A stretch of DNA of 64,000 nt from Phoronis australis. Its lineage: Eukaryota; Animalia; Phoronida. Where the stretch lies: contig NMRA01000025.1 in assembly GCA_002633005.1 (NCBI GenBank), positions 1,444,548 through 1,508,547 of the forward strand. The letters are read 5' to 3'. Positions 24,794 to 35,984 of the stretch are shown here, in pieces. The notes under the pieces are model-generated. The model searched no databases and was not told the DNA's origin. It saw nothing but the letters and a program-made list of their open reading frames with translations. A program made the translations under genes and the position numbers. The first letter of the stretch is position 1. Every line of letters begins with the position of its first letter.

Positions 24794-25712
24794 GTACACT
24801 TTCTTGAAAATCTGTTAATATGAACATGGGCGAGTAAAATCTTGAGCCGTTGCCGTCTAGTAGACGAAATAAAACCATCTGACCTAAATATAATAATGCC
24901 TCGGTTTCGTAAAGCTTGCCGATCCGATGAGTTTGCTGTCGGCGTCAACCGACAGTCAGATGATCGATAGATTATTTGGAGCGCCGACGGGACGCCTTCG
25001 TCAAGAATCCTCATTCGCTACCCAATGAATACCTCCATATGTTATCAAGGCATAATGTTAAGGACTAACAACTCAGTATGCTAAAAATCTGCCACTCATT
25101 TTCTTACACGTCTCGACTCTATTTCTATCGGCATTAGAATCTTTACTATTGGATTTATGCTCCATCTCTATCTAAAATCAGACAAGGAAAGTGTTGATTT
25201 TAGAAAGGAACACCCTTCTCTATTAGTGGGGCGAACTCGTTCGCTTCATTTTTGTTAAAAGCGTAGTTTAAAGAATTTTAAAGCGTGATTTCCGTAAATT
25301 AGCAGATGCGTGGAATCACACCCACTAACCGCAGTAGCAGCCGAATCCCAAGCCTAATAGCAGATAGCCTTTTAAGCTTATTTACGGTTAGGTAAGACCT
25401 TATCAAAAAGTCTGTGTATTTAGGCAATTATCTACCGTACAAAATTACAGGTTTAAACTCAGAAGTTATCAGAAGGCCCACAGAATTTGATTTTTGACTT
25501 CTTACAAATCTGCCAATAATTGGGAAACATGACCTTGGCTTCTTGTAAAATTTATCAAAAAAGTAAGGTTCATTCATAGCAACACTGGTTAAAATAACAC
25601 GACTAAATTTTGTTTAATATAAATGTTCAAGGAGAAATTGCAATGACGATGTTATAGTTTTCTAAATCATCATGTCGCTTACGTTTTATGAAAATATTGA
25701 TTTTTTATGCAG

Positions 25713-25886
25713 AGATTTCAAAGGGACATGGAAGATGAGGGATACAATAGGGTTGAGTGGAAAGATTTGATCTTGCCGAAGGAAATTGACTCAGCTACAA
25801 GAATCAAAATATCGCTTGAACCAAATAACTGGAAGCACGACGATGTAAGGAGAGTCACCGGGCAAGAATTGTTACCCCTGAACCAG
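25713..25886 (+). CDS. Paralog B exon 9, UPA-like
   Basis: tatgcAG acceptor, CAG|GTAATT donor; homologous to 123-296. Confidence 0.85.
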
Positions 25887-26259
25887 GTAATTATTGAATC
25901 GGGGCAGTCAAGGAAGAAAATGAGACCAAATGGAAGATGAAGTGGAATCTCCTAAAAGGAGACTTTCGCAAGTCACGACTTGTGACGCACCAAAGGGTTC
26001 CTAAACAAGTACCTTTCTGCCTGTTGATTTTATGTATTGGTTCATTCGATCGCTTTTTAGTGACGCCTGTTGGCCAGTTGAGCAACTGTCCCATTTTAAG
26101 CACTGAACTGTCACTAAGATAAAAACAATCTTTATTCTACACAAAATCAAAATGTTCCAAATGTTTAGACACAACATTAAGATTACAACACCAGAAATGC
26201 AACAGCTATTGAAAGCTATACAGCCGATCCCATTTAAGTTTTGTAATTAAGAGAATTTC

Positions 26260-26660
26260 ATCTACAGGAAGTTCAATAGCATTCTGTACTAGTTCAATAG
26301 GATTCTCAATAGAAAGTTCCATAGGATTCTGTATAAAGTTCAATGGGATCTTATATAATATTATGTCGAATTTCCTACTGGAGTTGTTATAGGTTCCAAA
26401 AAGTATTATGTAAGCATAATAAATCAATAGGATTCTATAGGAAGTTCAATAGGATTCTATAGGAAGTTCAATAGGATTCTATAGGAAGTTCAATAGGATT
26501 CTATAGGAAGTTCAATTTGATTGTACATAAAGTTGAATAAGATTCTATAGGATGTTCAATAAGACTCTATTGGAAGTTTAATAGGATTCTACAGTAAGTT
26601 AAATAAGAATCTATAGGAAGTTCAATAGGTTCTTATAGAATAGTCCTTTTCGATCCTATA
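26260..26660. repeat. 22-bp minisatellite (CAATAGGATTCTATAGGAAGTT)n with degenerate flanks
   Basis: About four perfect units at 26425-26516 plus decayed units; absent from the paralog A intron. Confidence 0.8.
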
Positions 26661-27676
26661 GAATTTCCCAATGAATTCACTATAGGCTCAAAAAGTACTA
26701 TATAAGCATAATACATAGAACAATATAGGCAATGTCATCCTTACAGGAAATTGTTTCTGGCACTGCAATGAGCAGACTTTGTATATAACTTAAGGTGGAA
26801 TAGCCTTGCAGAATATTCTGAGAGTATTCTATAAGAATTTCAATACGATTCTATGAGAAGTTCAATACTATGCTGTAGGAAGTTCAACGGGATTCAGTGG
26901 CGGATTTTTTTTGATAATAAGGTCAGCAAACCCAAAAATTCGAGACCACTGTATCCCTACATTTTGGGCTGGGCGTACGTATGTCGCAAAATTTTGGTTA
27001 TTCCTGTGCCCTGGCCTCCCCTAACTCAAAATCCTGGATCCGCCCCTGGGATTCTATAGAAGGTTTAGGGGGATTCTGTTGGAAATTCAATAGAATCTTT
27101 TAGAACACTCCATAGAATATGATTTTGGATCCTTTAAAACTTCCTATAGTTGGGGGGATGCTTTATGTTCAAAAATTTGCTTTTTACATAATATGTAAGG
27201 CAATGTAGAACACACACACAATATTAAATATAATTATTAAAGGAAATCATATCTGGCAATGTTATGAGTAGAACTAGTATATGCTTTAATATAGGAAATC
27301 CCTTCGGAACAGCAAAATGATGGAGCAACATATTACAACTCACCTGAATATTAAAATTTAGAAAAATTAATGACTCATAAGAGCTGAAGACAAAAACAAA
27401 CTGATATCTTACTATATGCTCATAGGATAATTGTTTGAGGAAACGTTTCGAAATCAGATTTCTGAAAATTTTCCTATAGGATTTTTTTCTATAGGAATTC
27501 CTATACGAAATATTGATCCTATAGGAAATCCTATAAGAAATCAATATTCCTTTAGGAATTCCTATAGGATCCTATAGATTATTTTCGTAAGAGCCTTCGC
27601 ACTCTATCTGACCCATGTTTGGTGGCTCAGTTCGCCGTTTGCCTGTTTCACTTTGTTTTCTGATATTCACCAACAG

Positions 27677-27925
27677 GAAGTGACCGTGGGGCACTTCGTG
27701 GACCATCCGACACCCGTATGTGCAGCTGAGTGGATCTTGACTAACTTCCAGAGCCAAAACTACTTCAAGGCTAACCTGATTATCGAAGTGACCCATGTCC
27801 CTCCAGAGCCACAATTCAATTTCTTACGTTTCTTTAATTTGAGAGACAATGACCGTCGCATAAAAACCACCACGGAAACTCCATTAATCATAGACTTCAA
27901 GCTATGTGACTTGGCAATGGCACAG
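27677..27925 (+). CDS. Paralog B exon 10, UPA-like (open copy)
   Basis: caacAG acceptor, CAG|GTGAGG donor, 249 bp, EVTVGHFVDHPTPVCAAEWILTN... Confidence 0.8.
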
Positions 27926-28569
27926 GTGAGGCTTTCTCAGACATTAACCTATAACGTGANGGGGGATTCTGTTGGAAATTCAATAGAATCTTTTAGAACA
28001 CTCCATAGAATATGATTTTGGATCCTTTAAAACTTCCTATAGTTGGGGGGATGCTTTATGTTCAAAAATTTGCTTTTTACATAATATGTAAGGCAATGTA
28101 GAACACACACACAATATTAAATATAATTATTAAAGGAAATCATATCTGGCAATGTTATGAGTAGAACTAGTATATGCTTTAATATAGGAAATCCCTTCGG
28201 AACAGCAAAATGATGGAGCAACATATTACAACTCACCTGAATATTAAAATTTAGAAAAATTAATGACTCATAAGAGCTGAAGACAAAAACAAACTGATAT
28301 CTTACTATATGCTCATAGGATAATTGTTTGAGGAAACGTTTCGAAATCAGATTTCTGAAAATTTTCCTATAAGATTTTTTTCTATAGGAATTCCTGTAGG
28401 AAATATTGATCCTATAGGAAATCCTATAAGAAATCAATATTCCTTTAGGAATTCCTATAGGATCCTATAGATTATTTTCGTAAGAGCCTTCGCACTCTAT
28501 CTGACCCATGTTTGGTGGCTCAGTTCGCTGTTTGCCTGTTTCACTTTGTTTTCTGATATTCACCAACAG

Positions 28570-28818
28570 GAAGTGACCGTGGGGCACTTCGTGGACCATC
28601 CGACACCTGTATGTGCAGCTGAGTAGATCTTGACTAACTTCCAGAGCCAAAACTACTTCAAGGCTAACCTGATTATCGAAGTGACCTATGTCCCTCCAGA
28701 GCCACAATTCAATTTCTTACGTTTCTTTAATTTGAGAGACAATGACCGCCGCATAAAAACCACCACGGAAACTCCATTAATCATAGACTTCAAGCTATGT
28801 GACTTGGCAATGGCACAG
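28570..28818 (+). pseudogene. Second copy/allele of exon 10 with an in-frame stop
   Basis: Same splice sites, but TGG is TAG at 28624-28626. Confidence 0.7.
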
Positions 28819-29399
28819 GTGAGGCTTTCTCAGACATTAACCTATAACGTGACTCAATTAAGTGTTGGCCAGGGCAATTTTTCACAAAATACAATTGATC
28901 CAGATCAGTTAAAACTGTCAAGTGACTGAGCTCACCGTCGTTCAACAATAAGAATTGCCCTGTCCCTTTTTACTCCTTATTCAGGATAGAAGTTAATTCT
29001 GGACTTCAGAAGAACTGGCATTTCGTTAGTGGCTTGACCCGACGGATCAATTTAGGTGTTGCGTATCATAACACTCGCTGGTTCCCTGCGTGTCCGCTAG
29101 GGGTAGAGGACACGCAGGTATCCTTTAATTTGGATGGTCGAATTTTCAACAGGTGGTGTTTTATGCAAACAAACTGGCATGATGAACGGAGGAGGTGTAA
29201 AAGTGGAATTTTCAGTTTGTGCATGGTCTGCCAGTGTTCACATAAATGGGTGCTTAATTGGGATATGTTCAAGAAATGTGAATCGGAAAGTTGTGGTTGT
29301 GCCTTTTCATGTGCACCGGTTAAACTGGCCCCGCGGCTATTAAACACTACAGCAGAAACGACATACTTAGTGCAGTAGAGAGAAAACAAACAAATAAGT

Positions 29400-30410
29400 A
29401 CATCCATTCATTCATGCATGCACACCTCAGGAGAGACCATTCTCGTATCTTGTATTAAGTAAACAACTCAACGTGAACAATATGGAAATTTCCCATTTCG
29501 CAGAGAAGCTGTCATATACAAAGTTTTTATATGCAATTAATTTTTCAGTATTATAGTACTCATAAGTATATGTAACGAACTTGTGAAAATTAGGTATATT
29601 TCTGTGACATCTCTCCTTGTAAATGTACTGTTTGGCTTGTAGGAGCAAAATGTTAAACAGAAAATTGTGCGTCTCAGTCATAAAGTCCAAGAAAAAAACG
29701 TTCGTAAGAGAGACAGTTTGGAAGCTAAATAAAACATTTCTGAAGTAGCTTTCCGAATTCCTTCCAGAAATCTCGTACAAGGCAACATTCCCAAAAAAGG
29801 TGTGACAGCGTTTCTGGAGCTTTATTACAACAGGAACATAAGTTAGAATCCCGAACACGAATATTGACTAAAAAGGTATTTGTTGCAATAATCCTTTGTA
29901 GTATTCTAAATTGGAACCATCTAATGATGGGATCCTTTGTAATTTCATTAGGCAATGCGTATATTTTCTTCCAATCTAAACTCCTAACTCTATTTCCCAT
30001 TTACACTCTGACTTAGAAGATTTCTTAACGTCATTAAAGACTGAACAAATATGTCTACAACCCTTCAAATCTTTCCTTAAGTGAGTAATTGCTAAAGGCA
30101 TGCAAGGAGAGTAGGCGTTAACATTTTTAAATTTACTTTGATATAGACTTTTTTGAAACCTTCTTAGAACAGAAACAACACCGTTCTATTCTACAAAGTT
30201 GGTTTGACATCGAACCTATTTTCCATATGGTTCAAACTAACGAAATGATCATCAGAAGTATTCATATCTCTAATAAGTCTTAAGCCTTTTACAAACCAAG
30301 TCTTATAGAAAACACTTATGCTTCCGATCACCAAGTTACTATTAAACCACAAAGGTTGATTCAAAAAGTCTTTTTTACTCACAAAAATTATTAGAGAGAA
30401 AACTTGGTTC
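29400..30410 (-). mobile_element. 3' fragment of an L1/Tx1-clade LINE (ORF2 zf-RVT region), frameshifted
   Basis: WKKIYALP..RWFQFRILQRIIATN..LCSCCNKAPETLSHLFWEC..VRDFW is the typical C-terminal zinc-binding region of L1/Tx1 ORF2. Confidence 0.8.
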
Positions 30411-30416
30411 ACAAAA

Positions 30417-30841
30417 GTGCCGTTTACACTACAAAAGTTGACACGGATCATCTGTCATGACACGAAATGAGTTGTTCTGCGCAAGTATGTGTCTAAACGG
30501 GACTGAACTGGAGCAAGTTGACACCGCGGTGACAACTTTTGCCACCCGTTTGTGAGGCAGAGCAATTTGCGCTAGAACATCTTGCTACTTGTCAATTATG
30601 TGTCTAAACGTGAAACTGGGGCAAGGCGGAAAAGATCATCTCTACTGCGCTTGTGTAATGACCTAAATACGGGTTCTCTGTCTCTTCGTGATATGTAAAT
30701 CTGCGGATGTGTGTTCCACTCTCCAGCCTAGAATTTTCGTCTTGCCACATTTAGTGAGTTGTGTGTAAACGGACGCTTGACACCGATCAATTTGCTATAT
30801 GTCAGTTGCGCCGCGCCAAAAGCTGATGTCTAAACGGGACT
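30417..30841. mobile_element. Harbinger-like MITE (copy at ~60268-60671; partial inverted copy ~23500-23740)
   Basis: TIR-like GTGCCGTTTACAC / GTCTAAACGGGAC; clear similarity to the copy in PNP intron 1. Confidence 0.6.
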
Positions 30842-32362
30842 AACGATGTTGACAGAGATACAAATCGTTCCTGCATTTGTAAAGCTAATCAGTGACTGTC
30901 GAAATTGCATCAACCAGTGATAAAACGTACTGCTGAATTATACCTGCGTGTCCTCTATCCCCTAACGGACACGCAGGGGTCCAGCGAGATGATTACACTC
31001 AATAACTATCAGGAGGAGGACTGGCAACGGTACTGGCAGGTGGTGCTGTTTCAAGATTGTAACGAACTTTCAATGCCTTTTAAGTTGAGAACTTAGTTTT
31101 AATTTGACGAAGAAATAAGCTAAGGCAAGTTAACTTTTATAACGATAAGTAACTGGCAGAAGGCAGGCTCAAACAGCAACTTGAATATTGGTTTGATCAC
31201 TCATCAATATTATAGAGGCATAGCTGGCCATGTTTGTCTGAGACCCACATGTCACTAAATCAGATTTTTGTTTTAGACTTGTGATGAAATTGGCCTCAAG
31301 CTGTAGCTTAGCTAAAATGGGTAGGATTTCTGCCAGTGAGCTTGGAAACAACTTTGTATTCTCGGCGCATCATTTTAATCTCAGAGTATGATCATGTGGT
31401 ACGCATCAACTGCATGCTTGAATAAAATCGACCCGTTTCAAATAGATGCGCGTGCCAGTCGAGGTTAGCATCCGGGATCTTTGAGGTTACTATGGGAATC
31501 AAAGCTGGTCAGTAGAAGTACCATATTGCCGCGCCATTAGGCCCATGGGCGTCTGTGCGAAACTGCGCTTATATGCTAAACTTAGGCGCATGAGTTAATA
31601 TGTGAACCATTGGGGTAAACAAGGCATTATTTCGAATATAGGCCCATGAACTATTTGCCATTTTATTTCGGATGTAGGCCCAATGTTCACATGCCATTTG
31701 TGTGCGCTGCTTTAACAATATTTCGAATAATTCTGGTGGAACACTTATTGCGTATTCAAAGGAAAATTCATTTACAACTGACGCTCGTGCATGTTTACGA
31801 ATATGCGCACAACTCCAGTTCTAGGGTATATGGTATAATGTGACTCATAGTGGCGTAATATTTCTGTTGTTCTCAAGCACTGGAATGCACACGGTACGAC
31901 CGTGGCCTGGCCAATGTCGTTATTCTGACCCCGCCAGCGTCAGCTTAGTAGCAAACCTGGTAGTAAGAGGCAAGTCAAAATTCACAATTACTAAAGCTAG
32001 ATTTCTATTTTGTGACTTAAGTACGTGTTATCTCATTTTCATAACTGATTGGATAGAATTGTACGACAAGTGGAGCTTTATAATTTATACTTTCCAATGA
32101 ACTACCCAAAATACTGTTTGGGCTGTAAAACCGGTTGTTTACATTTGAGATTCGCCCGTATTAGTTAGTACCAGACTCACGATCTTTGATAGAAGGGTCA
32201 TACGTAGCGGTGGCAGATTTAGGGGGATGGGGCAAGGGGCCATGCCTCCCCTAAAATTCTCCCAGGTTCCATGAACAGTGAAAATTAAACGAAAACCTTA
32301 TTGTAGTACGCAGACAAAATTGCCATAAAGAATATCATGAACCATTCCTTTTCCAACTTCAG

Positions 32363-32523
32363 ACTGGCTTAAATGAAATGAAATTCTTGGTGAGTGATGT
32401 GCCTAAGGACGATTGGCAAAAGTTACTGGATATTGTGGCTAGAGACATGCGAGAAGCTGAGATTAGACCTTTTGGCAAAACATTAGGCAACTCAGAAGGT
32501 CAACTGGACAAGCATGAGTACAG
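32363..32523 (+). CDS. Paralog B exon 11, death domain part 1
   Basis: ttcAG acceptor, AG|GTATTT donor, 161 bp; ...WQKLLDIVARDMREAEIRPFGKTLGNSEGQLDKHEYR. Confidence 0.8.
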
Positions 32524-33854
32524 GTATTTAAAAAGTAAACTCAGCTCTGTGTTATAGGAGAGTATATTAATGATTCATCTCAGAATTAAGCTAACCAGCT
32601 GTTTCTGCATACAGATTAACATGATAACAGATGACCAAAGCGACTTCTGGTGGCTGACTATTCCTTAAGTCTGCACTTCTTTTTTGACCTAAAAAAGAGA
32701 CACATTTTTGTGAACTGACGAAAGGCACATAACCCTATCTTCATTAATTAGTCCCTAACTTTTCACAATGATTGCAACAGGTTTGTTGTATCACTTGACA
32801 CTAACACAGTTTTTCGTTCTACCAGGAAGAGATCTCTTCCTGGTTCTACAGAATGCGTGCACTCTGCCGCGGCGTCATTTAGGTGGTGCTGTAGAAGAGT
32901 GTATCGAATACTTTGCTAAAATCACAAATTACTGTGCGTACACAGGCAAGCCAGGCTTCTTCCTGACGTTCTGCCATGACGTTCTTTGAATGTATGGTCG
33001 ACACTACCTTCCATTCCACTCCGTAGCCGGTACACAGACAGTTTAGACATGTGCCTCCACGCCATCTGTTTAGCACAAAAAGACCGTTTTAGTTCAAGTT
33101 GGTTTTCTGTTTTGGCTGTTTTAAAAAAATCATCAAAATAACTTTCAATTGATGCGTCAGACTCGTTGAATAATTTTGTAACCCCATTATGTTTGGGCCT
33201 GATTTATCACAAAAGTCGTACCATAGAGCCGTCCTAGATTACACAGAGATTAGAGCTTTCCTTAATTTGTCCAGCAGAGGAAAGAAAGCGCATTATTTTT
33301 GGAATGTCAAACACATTTTTTCATAGATCATGTTGGAAACCGTCGAGGTTTATGGCCGTGGGAATATTCCTTATTTCAATCGTTTAAATGTGTCGAAGCT
33401 GAATGGCCATCTTCAAGAACCAGGATTCTGCGGGGCTCAAAATTGACCTGATATTCTTGCTTTATTCACTCGCACGAACTTTCTAGTCGTTCATTGGATT
33501 GATGTCGAGAAGGAGACTAACTTGACATCGCGGATCCATGAGTATTTGTCAATTTTATCCAACTTTCTTCCGTCGGAGTTTGGAGCACGTAGCAACAGTA
33601 ACACTTCCTTCGCCGCAATGGAAGGACAAAGAGTAATGCAGCCGACGAACTTTGTAGAGAATGAACATGTTGAACTCGACTGGCACGAAAAGTGCTTGAC
33701 GGATATTGTGGCAATTGGGTAAAAATACATGAGAGCAGGATTCCGGTGCCGCTGTGTAACCTGGGTCGGCAATCAGTAACAGTGAGTTATAATGTGCCCG
33801 TGTATCATGAAATTTACAAGCAGAGACTCTCAAAGCAATTGTTTTTTTTTTCAG

Positions 33855-34098
33855 ACATCGCGGTAACAAGGAAGAAGTCATCAGACAAATCTGCATAGCT
33901 TGGAGACTAGCTAACCCTAATGCACAACTAAGGGTGTTCATTGAGCATCTCCCTGATAGCGTAAGGAACGACATTGGAGACGTTATCAGAGCAATGCAAT
34001 CGAGGTGGCCTCGGAGATCACCTCAACCGCTCAGTCTCACACATGTCACACATTTCCGTCGTAGATCATGGGCGTCTCCTACGAGCCAGTGCCAATGA
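33855..34098 (+). CDS. Paralog B exon 12, death domain part 2 and C-terminus
   Basis: T-tract cAG acceptor; HRGNKEEVIRQICIAWRLANPNAQLRVFIEHL...SQCQ, TGA at 34096-34098; the 12 exons sum to 2427 nt in frame. Confidence 0.8.
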
Positions 34099-35446
34099 GC
34101 TATAGGTTATATTCATCTCATTGGTCAGTGCCGTGTAGACATCGTGAACACGTCTAAGACTGGTTCACTTCAACTCCATACAGGTTGGAGTATGTAGGAT
34201 AACAGTTAAGCCAGTAACAGTTAATTAGCTCATGGCACTATCGTTTTACAAACTTGTTGATTCCTGCTCCTGATGGCTTTTCGATCTCGTGAACGGACCA
34301 TTTCAACCGTGGCATTCGAATCACTAGATACAAGCACACACACCTATGTATACACTGCCAAAGATTTTCATAATTTATTGTATTGATGAACTTCAAACTC
34401 CATCCAGCGTTGTGAACTGCCGGACTGGTGTTTTATAGATCAATAAGTACATGTCTTTACAGCTTATAGCTTTTTGAGTAACGAAGTGGTTAAAATCGCG
34501 AAGACGGTAGGCCTATATATCTCCTTGCTTTAATGGACACTGGTTCGAACTTCCGATATATTCGTCGGTACTCCCAAGGAGCCAAGAGTGGAATAGATCA
34601 CCAAGAGAATACAGCCTCGTGATTTTTCTTGATCTATGACTGTTCTTGCTTATCCAAGGATCCACAAATCTATTATGAGTTTGGGCGATGTCCTTCAAAA
34701 TTATGTAGGACCTTATCGACATTGTGTTGTTATATTATAATTAAGAATTTAAAGGTTCGAGTCCCGGTCGGGGCCGGAGATCTTTTCAGACTTAACACTA
34801 TTTTTTATCAGCACTGCCTCAGAAATCGGTTTTGCAGGATATCCAGGTTCTCATTCACTCCCTTACATACATTCAGTAGTAAAGCAGCGCTCTGAGTGAG
34901 GAGACATAGTGCCAGTAAAGCCAGGATTCGAACCCAGGTCCTCCAAACGGGAGCCCGTAGCTCAAACCACTGAGCCACACTGTCTGTTGACTCTAGGTCA
35001 CGCGATGTGACTATAGCGTATGGCGTGTAGGAAGACTACTGGATAATTCTTAACTAATTCCCAACGATTTTTTGGGGAACAGTGATTAAATCATAGCATC
35101 AGAATAATCTAACAGCAGCATCTCAGGTTAACAAAATTTGCTGAACTCACAACAATGTTCACGATAAATGAGTTTCAACTCATAGTATAGTCGCTCGAGC
35201 TCTCTGTATCTTTGACGGTCGCAACAACAAGTCCGATGGCCAACAAGATGTAAGAAAGGCAGCTATATTTCGAGCATAATATACTGTGAATCGGTCACTT
35301 ATTCCTCAGATCTGATGTTCCGAATTTGGCCGAATGAATTTGGACATTTTAAGGTCCTTCCTAGTCTTAGAGCAATTACTAGACAGCACCGTTGTGCATT
35401 TAATGAAATTCTATGTACAAGAGCAGCTGCTGCCAAACTGTTCGGC

Positions 35447-35984
35447 GCCAATCCCGACTTAGTCAAGACTCATCCGACGAAAACTTCATGGGTCGGATCG
35501 TTAGGTTTTACATGCTATCAGTTCGAACCGGGATACACTGATCAAGAAATACTAGAGAGGCGCCGTGAACATGCAGACAACGGAACGTACGGATAGTTCT
35601 TTGGTAAGCCGGATTTCCTATCATCACTGTCGACGAAATGCCGACTACAGACACGGAGATGTTTCACTGCCTCATACTTGCTATTAACAGCGTACCTTTC
35701 ATTCTTCACTACCGCGAGCCACTTCCTAGGCATTCCAGGCTCTCGAGGAAGTCGAAAAAACGATATACCCGCTTTCTTCGCAGCTTCGTAGTTCGGACAA
35801 GCGGGAACGATGCACCGCCCATATAGCGGCATTAACTCTGCAGACGAACCACTGACGTTGCTGCGTCGTTTCTCACTTTCTTCACAGGTTAACGGCAATT
35901 TGAGGTCGACCGTATAAGAGGCGATGTGGATATAGACCGATCAAGACGATAAAAAAGACTAATTAAATCGGGTGGCATTCTCCT
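35447..35984 (-). mobile_element. Truncated Kolobok-like element with an open THAP-domain ORF (35542-35898)
   Basis: CIVPAC...FFRLP...RKW...RVCSRHF...VP is the C2CH THAP signature; terminus GGGTGGCATTCTCCT|TTAA matches the element at 51918. Confidence 0.75.

Larger units (their letters stand above)
27068..28852. repeat. 892-bp near-identical tandem duplication split by a single N
   Basis: 27068-27959 vs 27961-28852, N at 27960. Confidence 0.85.

Noticed and set aside
27224-28437. Twin 106-aa minus-strand ORFs
   Set aside because: Arise from low-complexity CTATAGGA repeats inside the N-split duplication
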